Origin: Bacteroidota bacterium
GTDB lineage: Bacteria > Bacteroidota > Bacteroidia > Chitinophagales > Chitinophagaceae
Reading direction: 5' to 3'
DNA length: 64,000 nucleotides
Assembly (NCBI GenBank): GCA_023391895.1
Contig: JAEWAC010000157.1
Location: 118-64,117 of the forward strand
Of this stretch, positions 10,048 through 21,040 are shown in pieces. Numbering within the stretch: position 1 is the first letter of the stretch; each line of letters opens with the position of its first letter. Below the pieces are notes generated by a model. That model saw only the letters and a list, made by a program, of their open reading frames with translations. It did not search any database and was not told where the DNA came from. The position numbers were made by a program, and so were the translations under genes.

Positions 10048-10749
10048 TTATAAGCTCTTGATTTTGATGTTTTGAAAATGGATAACATCCTCATGCTCCT
10101 GCAATAAAATGGGCGATGGCCGAAGCGCTGCGAAATCTTTCTGATTTTTGAATTTGCTTTCTGCCACGCCATTCTGGAACCTTTCACTTTCCCGGTTGAA
10201 CTCGAGCACTTTTACACCATTGAGCCAGTGCTCTACGTTTTTTCCTTTTACGACGATGCGCAGGTTATTCCACTCACCTACGGCTTTCGCTTTCTTATTA
10301 CCGGAAGGTGGCAACACATCATAATGAGCTGCCAGGGTACGGTTGCCGTCTTTCCCAAGCTTAGCGTCCGGATGCTGTGAATCGTCGATGATCTGGTATT
10401 CACTACCCAGAGATGTATTTTCAAACAGGTTGTACTTGACACCGCTGTTGGAGCCTTTTTCCAGCTTGAAGTCGAGGGAAAGCTCAAAGTCTAAAAATTT
10501 TTGGGTGGTAACAATATCACCGCCGCGACCTGTGGTCGGGTCTACACTCAAAACCCCATTTTCTATCTTCCAGCCCTTGCCGGTAAAAGGTTGCCCGTTT
10601 GCTTTTTGCCAGCCGTCAAAACTTTTGCCATCAAATAACAAGATCCACCCCTGCTGAACTTCTTTGGGAGACAGTGATGGCATTTGTGCGTGAAGCGAAA
10701 AAACAACAGCACAAAAAAATAGTAGAATGAGCACTTTTCTTTTTTCCAT
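10048..10749 (-). CDS. DUF1080 / 3-keto-disaccharide hydrolase family protein, secreted
   Basis: Signal peptide, GWILLFDGK, NSGVKY, EYQIID, GEWNNLRI, HWLNG, ILLQEH motifs. Confidence 0.9.
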   Translation of the reverse strand: MEKRKVLILLFFCAVVFSLHAQMPSLSPKEVQQGWILLFDGKSFDGWQKANGQPFTGKGWKIENGVLSVDPTTGRGGDIVTTQKFLDFELSLDFKLEKGSNSGVKYNLFENTSLGSEYQIIDDSQHPDAKLGKDGNRTLAAHYDVLPPSGNKKAKAVGEWNNLRIVVKGKNVEHWLNGVKVLEFNRESERFQNGVAESKFKNQKDFAALRPSPILLQEHEDVIHFQNIKIKSL

Positions 10750-10770
10750 ATGTGAAACATTAATTGAACA

Positions 10771-12339
10771 TTATAATTGAATGTACCCATTATTTTGAAT
10801 AATCTTACCGGGATTGGACTGCATCACGGTCATGGGAATGGGATAACTTAACATATTGTCGCTCCAGGTAAAAGGTGCATAGCCATCGGCTAGCTGCTCT
10901 GCAATCATTACGTCTTTTGCCCTGCCGGTCCTGACCAGGTCGAACCAACGATGGTTTTCAAAGGCCAGCTCAACCCTGCGCTCTTTTTCAATAGCCAGCA
11001 AAAGGTCTGCGTCAGTGGCAAAATCAGAAAGGGTATAATCCCGTAATAAATCAACAGGCCTTGGTTCCACCGGATTACCAGGTGTATTGCGGGCTCTTTC
11101 CCGGATCTTATTGACATATAACAAGGCCTTGGTTTTATCGCCGCCGGTACGGACCAATGCCTCTGCATATAACAAATAAATATCAGCCAGTCGCAATTCA
11201 ATCCAGTTATTGCCGTTGTCACTGCCGCTGGTCGATACATCGTAATACTTGCATACATATTTTTCATTTTGCACGGATCCATTCTTTGCATTGATCCAAA
11301 AATCCCGCATGGAAACCCATTTGCGGGGATCGCCCCTCTCATAAGCATTTGACATGTCGTTGGTAGGCGCATTGACGCCTCCTTTATCACCTACCAGCAC
11401 TACTTCTTTATCTGAAAAGCGGGGCGCAAAATCGTTGTTCCAGGGGCTGCCGGTGGCGGCATTGGGGCTGCCTTTTTTATATTGTATTTCAAACAGCGAC
11501 TCACTGTTGTTTTTCTTAGCCACATCAAACAAATCTTTATAGCTGCTGACCAGGGAAGCACCGGAAGTGTTGATCACTTCTTCTGCTTTTTGAATAGCCA
11601 GATTATAGTATGCAGCCCCTTTATTTAATGGATATCCCGCCATGGTCATATACACTTTCGTCAGCAAGCCTTTGGCACCCCACCTGGTCACCCGGCCTTT
11701 GTCGGTGCCATTATAAGACGCAGGCAGGTTTTGCTCTGCATACGTCAGGTCTTCTACAATCAGGTCGTAGATGTCCTGAAGAGAAGAACGGGTAATTCCA
11801 TAAGCTTCGCTGGGTGTGATCTCCTTATCCACTTTTAATACCCCTAATAATTCTCCCGATTTGGAATATCCGCCAAATACGCGGTTGAGCCAGAAATACA
11901 TCAGGGCCCGGATAAACTTAGCCTCTCCAATGTATTGTTGTTTCAACTCTTCACTTTTGAAAGGTACGTTTTCAATGCGCCCAATCACAATATTGCTGCG
12001 CAAAATCACATTATAACAATTGTTCCAGGCATTGGTGGGATAATTATTCTCGGGTAACAGCGGTGCGGCAAATACATCAATTCCGTTTTCATCCGCCGGA
12101 TTGCCGCTAAGCCAGGAAAAGGTAGTATTATCTGAACGGATTTCTCCTAACCTGACAAATGTATTATTATACAAAGAACGCAGGTTGCCATAAGCCGCCA
12201 ATACAGCCTGGTTCAAATCTTCTTCTGTTTTATAAAAACCGGAAGTACTTAAATTGGAAGGCGGAATAAGATCAATAAAATCTTTTTTACACGAACTCAA
12301 TAACAGCAAACTAATTAAGGCAAGTACCGAATATTTCAT
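10771..12339 (-). CDS. susD: SusD/RagB family lipoprotein
   Basis: Lipobox LSSC, EAKFIRALMYF, RLADIYLLYAEA, ERRVELAFENHRWFDLVR, terminal QNNGY. Confidence 0.95.
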   Translation of the reverse strand: MKYSVLALISLLLLSSCKKDFIDLIPPSNLSTSGFYKTEEDLNQAVLAAYGNLRSLYNNTFVRLGEIRSDNTTFSWLSGNPADENGIDVFAAPLLPENNYPTNAWNNCYNVILRSNIVIGRIENVPFKSEELKQQYIGEAKFIRALMYFWLNRVFGGYSKSGELLGVLKVDKEITPSEAYGITRSSLQDIYDLIVEDLTYAEQNLPASYNGTDKGRVTRWGAKGLLTKVYMTMAGYPLNKGAAYYNLAIQKAEEVINTSGASLVSSYKDLFDVAKKNNSESLFEIQYKKGSPNAATGSPWNNDFAPRFSDKEVVLVGDKGGVNAPTNDMSNAYERGDPRKWVSMRDFWINAKNGSVQNEKYVCKYYDVSTSGSDNGNNWIELRLADIYLLYAEALVRTGGDKTKALLYVNKIRERARNTPGNPVEPRPVDLLRDYTLSDFATDADLLLAIEKERRVELAFENHRWFDLVRTGRAKDVMIAEQLADGYAPFTWSDNMLSYPIPMTVMQSNPGKIIQNNGYIQL

Positions 12340-12357
12340 GGTAACTAATTAATAGGG

Positions 12358-15300
12358 TTAAAAAGAGAGATTAAGGCCGGCAATCAACGTACGGGCAGCA
12401 GGATAACCTAAATAATCGCCACCGCGGGAAAGCCCTTCACCTTCACTGCTGGTTTCCGGATCAAAACCAGGATACTTGGTCCAGGTAAACAGGTTTTGAC
12501 CGGTGAGGTATACCCTTAGGGCATTTATTTTTAGCGCATTCAGTTTGCTAACATTGAAATCGTAAGCCAGCGTGATATTTCTCAGTCGGATATAAGAGCC
12601 ATCCGTTACCCAGGAAGAAGAGGGATCCCTTTGCCAGCCTGTTGGATTGCGCGTTGGTCTAAAGTGTACCCCATCACCCGGCTGGTCGGGTGAGCGCCAG
12701 CGGCCGACCTGTTCTACTAATGCATTTCTATCTCCATGGTAAATGCCAATCATCCGTTTGAAAAAGCTGAATAATTGAGCACCATAAGAGTAAGACAATT
12801 GAGCTGAAAGGGTAAAGTTGCGGTAAGAGAAATTATTCCCAAAACCTCCCTGGAACTTGGGATGATTATTACCGATGATGGTCTTGTCATTCTGATCCAG
12901 TTTACCATCCCCATTCACGTCCTTATAGCGGGCGTCCCCTACCTTATCGGCTGGCAGATGCGGGTATTTACTCAGCTCCTCCTGCGTCTGGAATACGCCT
13001 TCATAAACGTATCCCCAAAAGCTGGCTATGGGATGGCCCGGCTTTGTAACAAAGGAGTTGTTGGCATTGGGTGCACTGGCAAAAATGGGCTGTCCTCCCG
13101 GTCCTACTTCCAACACTTTGTTTTTATTGAAGGAGATGTTGAAATCAGACGACCAGTTGAAGTTACCCGTTATATTTTTGGTCACCACTAAAAACTCTAT
13201 ACCCTGGTTCAACACCTTTCCTATGTTTTGAATCTGGCTGGAATAACCTGTAACCGTTGGCACCGGGACATTTAGCAGTAAGTTGATGGACTTACTATTA
13301 TAAAAATCAGCCTCTACCCTGATGCGGTTGTTCAGTAGCCCCAGGTCAAAACCAATGTTCGTTTGCAACACTTTTTCCCATCCCAGATCGTCATTGGGGA
13401 TTGTGCTCGGACTTACAATCACCCGCAAGGCATCCCCGGTGGGATAAAAGCCGGTGCTTAACAGTCCGATAGCCGAATAGTTACCGATTCGGTTGTTTCC
13501 GGCAATACCATAGCTGGCCCTGAGTTTTAAATCATTAATGCGCCCGGCCAGTCCCGCCATAAAGTTTTCTTCACTCACGCGCCAGGCTGCCGAAACGGAA
13601 GGAAAGACACCCCACTTTTTGTTGGCTCCAAAGCGGGAAGAGCCATCTGTACGCACGGTGGCGGTCAATAAATACCGTTTATCAAAGGTGTAATTTGCCC
13701 GTCCGAAATAAGAGACCATGGAATAAGATGACTTCGTACTGGAAAGCTGGTACATGGTACCTGCATTGAGGGTTTGAATGTTGTCATTAGGAAAACCTCT
13801 TGCTTCCCCATACATGTATTCATTGGTTTGTTTCTGGCTGCTAAAGCCCCCCAGCAAAACCATATCATGTCTACTTCCGAATTGCTTATTGTAAGAAAGG
13901 GTTTGCTCAATCACCCAGTCAAAATCAGTTCCTCTTTCGTTGACGCCCCTGGCCGGCCGGGGACTCTTGGAGCCATCAAAGTCTACATAGGAAGGCTCGT
14001 ACAACTGGTAGTTGTTATCCTGAATGCTGCCGTTGATGTTGATCCGGTATTTCAGGTTATCCAACACATCCAGTTCACCGTACAACGTACCCAGCCACCC
14101 ATACCTTTTACGAAAGCGGTCCAATTCCTGGGCAATACCAATGGGATTAGCTACATCGCCCGCCAGCACCTCAGGATTGCGCACCATTGAGCCGTATGTT
14201 CCGTCTGCATTATATTGTTCATAGATGGGCGGTAGAGAAAGCGCGTAAAGTATAGGAGCATCTTTTCCGTTGGCCTGCTCGTTTCCGCCAGCGCTATAGG
14301 CATTTAAATTCAATCCCAGTTTTAATCGGTTGGACAACTGGGATTCCACATTCGTTCTGAAGTTAAAACGTTTATAGTCGGTGTTGAGTGAAATACCCTG
14401 CTGGTCGATATAGCTACCAGCAAAAACATACCGGGTTCTCTCGCTGCCGCCTGCAACCGAAACTTCATACTGTTGTATAGGGGCCGTACGGAACAAGAGA
14501 TCCTGCCAGTTGTTATCCGCCATTTGCGCCACCGACTGCGGATCAAAAAAATTGTATTTGTAACCGTCTTTTCCATCCGGGATCATATACAGCGAATTGG
14601 CACTGGGATAGAGTTTACGGCGGCTGTTGGGATCATTGATACTATGGGGTGTTTTGTCTGGATCTGCGGTAATCACGGGTTGATCGAGCCAGGCCTGGTT
14701 GCGGCCATCAATGAACCATTGCACGTACTGGTCCCGGTTCATGACTTCAATAGCTTTGGATCTTTGCTGCACCCCGGCAAAAGCATTGACACTCACCGTT
14801 GGCGCACCCGTTTTCCCTCGTTTCGTGGTAATGATAACAACGCCATTAGCACCCCGGGAGCCATAAATGGCCGTTGAAGAAGCATCCTTTAATATTTGAA
14901 TGCTTTCGATATCAGAGGGGTTGATCAGTCGGAACGCGCCTCCTTCCATGGGGTAGCCATCCACTACATACAAAGGCGCATTGGACTGGGTAATAGACCC
15001 GGTCCCCCTTACCCTTACCGAAAGTCCTTCGCCACCAGGCGCACCATTAATTTGCTGCACCTGCACACCGGCCAATTGTCCGGCCATGGCCTCTCCAAAG
15101 TTCACCACGGCACGTTCTTTTAAATTATTGGCCGAAACGGTGGCGACAGCACCGGTCAGATCCGACTTTTTCCGGGTACCATACCCTACCACCACTACGT
15201 CAGTGAGTTGTGTTGCGGTTTCCACCAGTATAATGGTTAAACGCGTGCTGCCGTTAATGGGTATTTCCTGTTCCTGATAACCCACGTAAGATACCACCAG

Positions 15301-15849
15301 GGAACCGGCAGCTTGTTCCAGCTGCAGTTCGAACGTACCATCCGCCTTCGTTGTTGTGCCCAGTTGTGAGCCTTTGAGCTGCACCGAAGCACCTGAAATC
15401 GGACGTCCTTCGCTATTGGTAACTTTGCCTGTTATGACGACTTGTGGAACGTCGAGTTGTTGCATGACCGACGCGTGCATGACACCAGAACTTCTTTGGG
15501 GAGCAGGCGCTGTTCTTTTGTGCAGAATAATAACGTGCTCTTTAAAAACCCATGATAAGTTTTTAGGATGCAGGACTTCTGCCAGGAGGTCATTCAAGCG
15601 TACTTTCCCCGAACTGAACTTTATTTTTTCAGAATCATCTAAAACGGCATTGCTGTAAAAAAAGGTAAATCCTGTTTGTTTCTGGATAGACTTAAACAAA
15701 TCAACCAGCGTCGTTTGTTGGTTATTAATGACAACCCAGGAATCTTCTTTACTACTTTGAGCCGGAACACAAATACTGCCTGACAGGAAAAGCACAGGCA
15801 GGAAAAGGCGTAATAAAACAAATAATGCTTTAGGGGTAAAGCAATGCAT
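12358..15849 (-). CDS. susC: SusC/RagA TonB-dependent transporter with N-terminal STN signalling domain
   Basis: STN-like N-terminus, VVVVGYG, PLYVVDG, DIESIQILKDASSTAIYGSRGANGVVIITTK, terminal F. Confidence 0.96.
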   Translation of the reverse strand: MHCFTPKALFVLLRLFLPVLFLSGSICVPAQSSKEDSWVVINNQQTTLVDLFKSIQKQTGFTFFYSNAVLDDSEKIKFSSGKVRLNDLLAEVLHPKNLSWVFKEHVIILHKRTAPAPQRSSGVMHASVMQQLDVPQVVITGKVTNSEGRPISGASVQLKGSQLGTTTKADGTFELQLEQAAGSLVVSYVGYQEQEIPINGSTRLTIILVETATQLTDVVVVGYGTRKKSDLTGAVATVSANNLKERAVVNFGEAMAGQLAGVQVQQINGAPGGEGLSVRVRGTGSITQSNAPLYVVDGYPMEGGAFRLINPSDIESIQILKDASSTAIYGSRGANGVVIITTKRGKTGAPTVSVNAFAGVQQRSKAIEVMNRDQYVQWFIDGRNQAWLDQPVITADPDKTPHSINDPNSRRKLYPSANSLYMIPDGKDGYKYNFFDPQSVAQMADNNWQDLLFRTAPIQQYEVSVAGGSERTRYVFAGSYIDQQGISLNTDYKRFNFRTNVESQLSNRLKLGLNLNAYSAGGNEQANGKDAPILYALSLPPIYEQYNADGTYGSMVRNPEVLAGDVANPIGIAQELDRFRKRYGWLGTLYGELDVLDNLKYRININGSIQDNNYQLYEPSYVDFDGSKSPRPARGVNERGTDFDWVIEQTLSYNKQFGSRHDMVLLGGFSSQKQTNEYMYGEARGFPNDNIQTLNAGTMYQLSSTKSSYSMVSYFGRANYTFDKRYLLTATVRTDGSSRFGANKKWGVFPSVSAAWRVSEENFMAGLAGRINDLKLRASYGIAGNNRIGNYSAIGLLSTGFYPTGDALRVIVSPSTIPNDDLGWEKVLQTNIGFDLGLLNNRIRVEADFYNSKSINLLLNVPVPTVTGYSSQIQNIGKVLNQGIEFLVVTKNITGNFNWSSDFNISFNKNKVLEVGPGGQPIFASAPNANNSFVTKPGHPIASFWGYVYEGVFQTQEELSKYPHLPADKVGDARYKDVNGDGKLDQNDKTIIGNNHPKFQGGFGNNFSYRNFTLSAQLSYSYGAQLFSFFKRMIGIYHGDRNALVEQVGRWRSPDQPGDGVHFRPTRNPTGWQRDPSSSWVTDGSYIRLRNITLAYDFNVSKLNALKINALRVYLTGQNLFTWTKYPGFDPETSSEGEGLSRGGDYLGYPAARTLIAGLNLSF

Positions 15850-16022
15850 ATGGCAGCAATTTTAGGGTTAAGAGAAAGTCGTTATAGCTAAGACAACAAA
15901 AACTAAAAATGGGTGAATGCAAGCGACTATTTTTCTTCTCGATCCCTCACAAATGAAAGCAGTAAAAGGTTAGCTGTTGAGGAAAGCTGATTCCTGGCAG
16001 GTTTCATTGCTTTTCTGAAGCA

Positions 16023-17165
16023 CTAATCAAAATAAAGGGTCCCTTTTTCAACCCGTCCCCTAATATCAGCGGAAATTTTGAGGAAATCGAGAAACGTCTC
16101 CAGTGTGTCTTTTTTTACCAATGCACCGCTAAACATTTTATGAGCGACACTGTCGTTTTCAAATTTAATTGTAACATCATACCACCTGGATAAAACACCT
16201 GCCAGGTCCTGTAAAGGGGTGTCATGAAAATAATAGACTCCTTTCCGCCAGGACACCACTTCAGCTGCATCAAAAGCCTGTGCCTGCATCGGCCCGCTCT
16301 GTTTACAAACCACTTCAAAGCCGGGTTTTAGCTGTAGCGCCTGGTCCTTTTCTCTTTTTGCGGTTATAGATCCTTCTACCAAGGCCGCCTTCACAAGACC
16401 GGAATCATAGGTGTTTACATTGAACTCGGTTCCGGTGGCCCAAATGCTGGCCTGTGGCGTGTGTACGATAAAGGGCCGGTTTTTGTTGGCCACAACTTTA
16501 AAATAAGCCTCCCCTGCCAGGTAAACCTCCCGGGATTGGCTGGCATGTCCTGCAGTGAAGGAAATCGTGGTACCCGCATTTAACCACACCTGGGTACCAT
16601 CGGCCATCATCAATTGGTAGTCAAGAGTGGCTGGAACCGATAGGGTCCACCGCTGGTCACCCGAAAGCGAAGTCGTATAGGTCATTCTTTCTTTACCCAT
16701 CTGGATAGAACGGTAAGCATCCTGAAAGGTCGTTTGGGTGGCTGGATCGAGGTGCAGCTGTTGCCCATTTTCCAGTCGTAGCGTTATATATTTCTGCCCT
16801 TTTGCCTTAGTCTGTAGGAGAATGTCCGTTGTATCAGGCAAAAATGTTTTCCAGAACCAGTAACCACTTATGAAGAGGATCACAAGCGCTGCCGCTACAG
16901 TTATTTTCCTGAAAAAATGTATATGGATTTTCGAACGAGTTGATAATTGAGGCGCTAATTCATTCCAGCCCGGTTCAGCGCTTGCCTCCACGTCAAAACC
17001 TTGTGCCTGATAAGCTTGCACCTCTTGTTGAAGCGATTGCCACCAATGGCGCATTTCCGCATCTTCCTCTATCAACTGCTTGATTGCTATATCCTCCTGC
17101 AGATCTATTGTTCCCGTGAGCTTTTCGATAAATAGTCGCTGTATTTCTTCCTTTGTAAATGGCAT
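16023..17165 (-). CDS. FecR family anti-sigma factor
   Basis: Single TM helix, DGTQVWLNA, REVYLAGEAYFKV, GTEFNV, LSRWYDV. Confidence 0.93.
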   Translation of the reverse strand: MPFTKEEIQRLFIEKLTGTIDLQEDIAIKQLIEEDAEMRHWWQSLQQEVQAYQAQGFDVEASAEPGWNELAPQLSTRSKIHIHFFRKITVAAALVILFISGYWFWKTFLPDTTDILLQTKAKGQKYITLRLENGQQLHLDPATQTTFQDAYRSIQMGKERMTYTTSLSGDQRWTLSVPATLDYQLMMADGTQVWLNAGTTISFTAGHASQSREVYLAGEAYFKVVANKNRPFIVHTPQASIWATGTEFNVNTYDSGLVKAALVEGSITAKREKDQALQLKPGFEVVCKQSGPMQAQAFDAAEVVSWRKGVYYFHDTPLQDLAGVLSRWYDVTIKFENDSVAHKMFSGALVKKDTLETFLDFLKISADIRGRVEKGTLYFD

Positions 17166-17183
17166 TCCTTACTTATGACAATA

Positions 17184-17735
17184 TTATTTGTTATACGGGT
17201 GAACGGCTGGCGTCTTTAACCGTACGCGCAAGAATTTAAGGGCCAGTTTTAAGTGACTTTTTAACGAATTGATACTGATGCCCATTTCTTTGGCGGCTTC
17301 ATGGTACTTCATCTCCTGAATATGAACCAGGTGAAATGCTTTTTGGCGTTGCACCGGCAGCTCGTTTAAGGCCACCAAAACAGCTGGCTCTCCAGGGAGC
17401 ACTTCCTCTGCCAAGCTAATATCCTGAATCATCCCTGCATATTCCAGTCCTACCTGATTATCGCGGCTGGCTTTTCTCAAAAAATTCAGGCAACGGTTTC
17501 GAATGGCAGTATGCAGGTAGGCTTTCAGCGACTGTTGTACATTCCGGTAAAGCCTTTGGTTCCAAATATCTATAAAAAGTTGTTGCACCTGGTCTTCGGC
17601 GTCTGCCTCATTTTTCAAGATCAGGAATGCTTGCAGGCGCAGTGGCTTATAATACATCCTGAACACCTGCTCAAAGGCTGTTTTATGACCAGCCTGGAAG
17701 TGTTTAGCTAATTCTTTGGGGTCGAGATCTTTCAT
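17184..17735 (-). CDS. ECF RNA polymerase sigma-70 factor
   Basis: AEDQVQQLFIDIW region 2, YLHTAIRNRCLN, region 4 YHEAAKEMGISINSLKSHL; start taken at MKDLD. Confidence 0.92.
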   Translation of the reverse strand: MKDLDPKELAKHFQAGHKTAFEQVFRMYYKPLRLQAFLILKNEADAEDQVQQLFIDIWNQRLYRNVQQSLKAYLHTAIRNRCLNFLRKASRDNQVGLEYAGMIQDISLAEEVLPGEPAVLVALNELPVQRQKAFHLVHIQEMKYHEAAKEMGISINSLKSHLKLALKFLRVRLKTPAVHPYNK

Positions 17736-18425
17736 GAAAGGTTGGTTTGGCAAGCAATTCATTATACCATTACAGTTTAAGATAGGATAGGGTAAACGCA
17801 AATCAGTCAGGCTCTTGTTTCAATCTTTTTACTGCTATCCTACACTTTTGGCATTTTATAAATGGTCTTTTAGTTTATTGGACGGGTACGGTTCGGGATA
17901 ATAGAATGGCTGGTCTGAACTACTTTATGCTTTCACCTTTCCTTACAAGCTACCAGCGGTTAAACCTACTTTAGAAAATAGGACAAGCTTAAATATAAAC
18001 ATATCTTCTTATTTTTTATAAAATAATGATACTAGCCTGACCTAGACCTAATAATTGAAATCCGTTCGGTTAATACCTTAAAATGATCAGGAAGGCGTTT
18101 GATAAACACTGGCCATCAGGACCAGGAAGTACGCCCTCGTAAGCAAGAGCATTCAAAGGTTTAAAATAAGAAAATTAAGAGTAGAAGAAAGTGAATTTAC
18201 AGATTAACAAATTAAGCAAACCACCATCTATTATTCTATAATGCCTCAAAATCCATGACAACATTGAATCTCTAACCTACCAACTTAATAATTTAGTGTT
18301 TAGCTTTCTTATATTTCAATCCAGTATAAGAAATACTTTAGTTTGCAAACAACCTTTATTTCTTTACAAAACTTTTCCTATTTTAAAGTCGTATAATTTC
18401 CTTCTTTAATACACCCTCTTTTAAA

Positions 18426-19730
18426 ATGAAAAAATATTTACTTGTTTGCCTCTCACTTTTCTTCATCACGTCTTATAAATCAGTGAATGGCCAGCCCTCT
18501 GAACAAATGATAAAAGTGGTGGTAGCACCTGACCATCCTGACTGGACTTATAAAATTGGTGAACCGGTAAAATTCTCCATTTCTGTATTGCAGTCTGGCA
18601 ACCCTTTAAAAAATGCCATTGTTCGTTACTCCATTGGTCCTGAAAAAATAGACCCTTTAAAAAAAGATTCGCTAGCTCTATCGAAAGGTGTTATAACTGT
18701 TGATGGCGGAACAATGAAAACACCCGGGTTTTTACGTTGTATAGTAACGGCGTTCGTTGATGGAAAAGAGTATACCAAAGTAGCCACAGCGGGTTTTGAT
18801 CCATTAGAAATACAACCCACGGTTGACAATCCTGCTGACTTTACACAGTTTTGGAATAAAGCCAAAGCTGACCTGGCGGCTATTCCCATGGATGCCAAAA
18901 TGACTTTGATGCCTGAACGCTGCACTGAAAAAGTAAATGTATATCATGTGAGCCTGCAAAATTTTCGTGTTAACTCCAGGCTATATGGTATTTTATGCGT
19001 GCCCAAAAAAGAAGGTAAGTACCCAGCCTTACTAAGTGTACCCGGTGCCGGTGTACGCCCTTATAATGGCAATATAGCCATGGCTGAAAAAGGATTGATC
19101 ACCTTTGAAATTGGCATTCATGGTGTGCCCGTAAACATGGATGTGAGTGTATATAACAACCTGGGAGCAGGTGCATTGAATGGCTATCAGAATTTTAACC
19201 TGGATGACCGCGACCGGTTTTATTATAAACGGGTTTACCTGGGTTGTGTTCGTGCCAATGATTTTCTTTTCAGTTTACCACAATTTGATGGAACGAACCT
19301 GGGCGTAATTGGTGGCAGCCAGGGTGGGGCTTTGTCTATTATTACGGCTGCGTTGGATTCACGGGTAAAGTACCTGGCAGCCTACTACCCTGCCCTGAGT
19401 GATGTAACTGGTTATTTGAAAGGTCGTGCTGGCGGCTGGCCTCATTATTTTGACAAGAATAACCTCGCCTTCAATAACAAAAAGGATAAAATAGAAACCA
19501 CGGGTTATTATGATGTCGTCAACTTTGCACGCTTGTTAAAAGTGCCTGGCTTATATACATGGGGTTTTAATGATGAAACCTGCCCTCCCACCTCTATGTA
19601 CGCAGCATACAATGTCATCAAAGCACCAAAGTCATTATACCTTGCTCTGGAAACAGGACATTGGACCTTTCCTGAACAAAATGAAAAACTGAATAACTGG
19701 TTGCTGCAAAAGCTTCAGGAAAATAATTAG
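18426..19730 (+). CDS. Acetylxylan esterase (CE7/AXE1-like alpha/beta hydrolase), secreted
   Basis: Signal peptide, nucleophile elbow GGSQGG, DETCPP acid motif, TGH His. Confidence 0.88.
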   Translation: MKKYLLVCLSLFFITSYKSVNGQPSEQMIKVVVAPDHPDWTYKIGEPVKFSISVLQSGNPLKNAIVRYSIGPEKIDPLKKDSLALSKGVITVDGGTMKTPGFLRCIVTAFVDGKEYTKVATAGFDPLEIQPTVDNPADFTQFWNKAKADLAAIPMDAKMTLMPERCTEKVNVYHVSLQNFRVNSRLYGILCVPKKEGKYPALLSVPGAGVRPYNGNIAMAEKGLITFEIGIHGVPVNMDVSVYNNLGAGALNGYQNFNLDDRDRFYYKRVYLGCVRANDFLFSLPQFDGTNLGVIGGSQGGALSIITAALDSRVKYLAAYYPALSDVTGYLKGRAGGWPHYFDKNNLAFNNKKDKIETTGYYDVVNFARLLKVPGLYTWGFNDETCPPTSMYAAYNVIKAPKSLYLALETGHWTFPEQNEKLNNWLLQKLQENN

Positions 19731-19745
19731 TGATAATAAGAAAGA

Positions 19746-19804
19746 AACCCTATTGTTACTGCAGGCTTTCAACATGTTTGGAAATTTGTAGTAACAATAG
19801 GGTT
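19746..19804. terminator. Long hairpin between convergent genes (probable bidirectional terminator)
   Basis: Perfect 15-bp arms AACCCTATTGTTACT / AGTAACAATAGGGTT with A- and T-rich flanks. Confidence 0.6.
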
Positions 19805-20088
19805 GTTCTTTTGAAACCAAATTGTTTGGTAAAATCCCGTTCGGTGTAGAGAGGGTTATACTAAATTGTTTTCAGCTTTATGAAATCTTTTCGTCAATGG
19901 TGAATACTAATGATGTCGTAGCATAAGTGTAAGCGTAAGGGGCAACACAGCGGCATTTGTACTATGGGATTTTGAAAGATTTGATTTTCCCCTGGCCTTA
20001 AATCCCATTGAATAGCAGGTGCGTATTAGTCATCATACTGATAATAGTTTCGTATAAGCATCAGATTCTTTAAACTGATTGAGCTATT

Positions 20089-20961
20089 TTACTTTTTTTG
20101 ACTCTTGATGTAGGTAACAACTGTACCCACAGGTGCCGCCCAGATGCCATTAGCAGGATTTTGCACATATTCCGCCAATTGTTGCAACATGGCAAGGCGG
20201 GTAACCTGGTCACCTGAATCGCCCATTTCATGGCCCGCAAGTACCAACCATTGTCCATTCTTTTTGGCCGCCTCCAGCAAGGGTAAAATCTCATCAAAGT
20301 TTTTGCCGTCCATCTCCACTCCGGTAAGCTGTGCAAAATTGCCATATAAAGGATCATTGGCCGCTTCATCCATCCAGCCCCGGCCACTAATAAACATTTT
20401 TGCTATCAGCGGCACATAACTTTTTGTATGCCGCCCCCTTCCTACAAACTTTTGCCCGCAGGGGTAGGCAAAGACTTCCGCTTTAACCTGCAATAATGCC
20501 TCAATACGCTTATTGCACTCAGCGATCTCTTTTCTCATGCTTTTGAGTGTATGGTCTTCTAAAGCATTCTGCCGCGACCAGGCGAAATTACCCGTACAGG
20601 GATGGGTAAGCGTATGGTTTCCGATTTCATGGCCGTTTGCGACAGCCTTCTTCCACCCTTCCAGTTGCTTTTCCACACCGGAGGGAACTACAAAAAAAGT
20701 AGCCTTGAGACCATATTGATCCAGCAGGGCCGTCCCTACCGTTACCTGGCTTTCCCGGGCATCATCAAAACTTATACTTAAAGCAGCCTGCCTGCCTTGC
20801 GGCCAGGAGAAAGCTGCTGCATTTTGCTGCGCATTAATCCTGTTGCCGAGGAGAAAAATAATGGTTAACAGCAGCAGTTCCAGTCGGCTACCAATATATC
20901 TCTTATTATTAATAAGATGTGCTGCAAAAGGATTTTGAATACGATTCATTTGACATATCAT
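20089..20961 (-). CDS. Polysaccharide deacetylase (NodB/CE4-like), secreted
   Basis: SFDD, ATFFV, GHEIGNHTLTHPC, FAYPCG motifs; exact start uncertain. Confidence 0.85.
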   Translation of the reverse strand: MICQMNRIQNPFAAHLINNKRYIGSRLELLLLTIIFLLGNRINAQQNAAAFSWPQGRQAALSISFDDARESQVTVGTALLDQYGLKATFFVVPSGVEKQLEGWKKAVANGHEIGNHTLTHPCTGNFAWSRQNALEDHTLKSMRKEIAECNKRIEALLQVKAEVFAYPCGQKFVGRGRHTKSYVPLIAKMFISGRGWMDEAANDPLYGNFAQLTGVEMDGKNFDEILPLLEAAKKNGQWLVLAGHEMGDSGDQVTRLAMLQQLAEYVQNPANGIWAAPVGTVVTYIKSQKK

Positions 20962-21040
20962 TTGAGTAAAAGCTAGCGTACAAACTTTTTTAAAAGCCTA
21001 TATTAAATTAATAAACTACTCCATTCTAGATAACAAGCCA

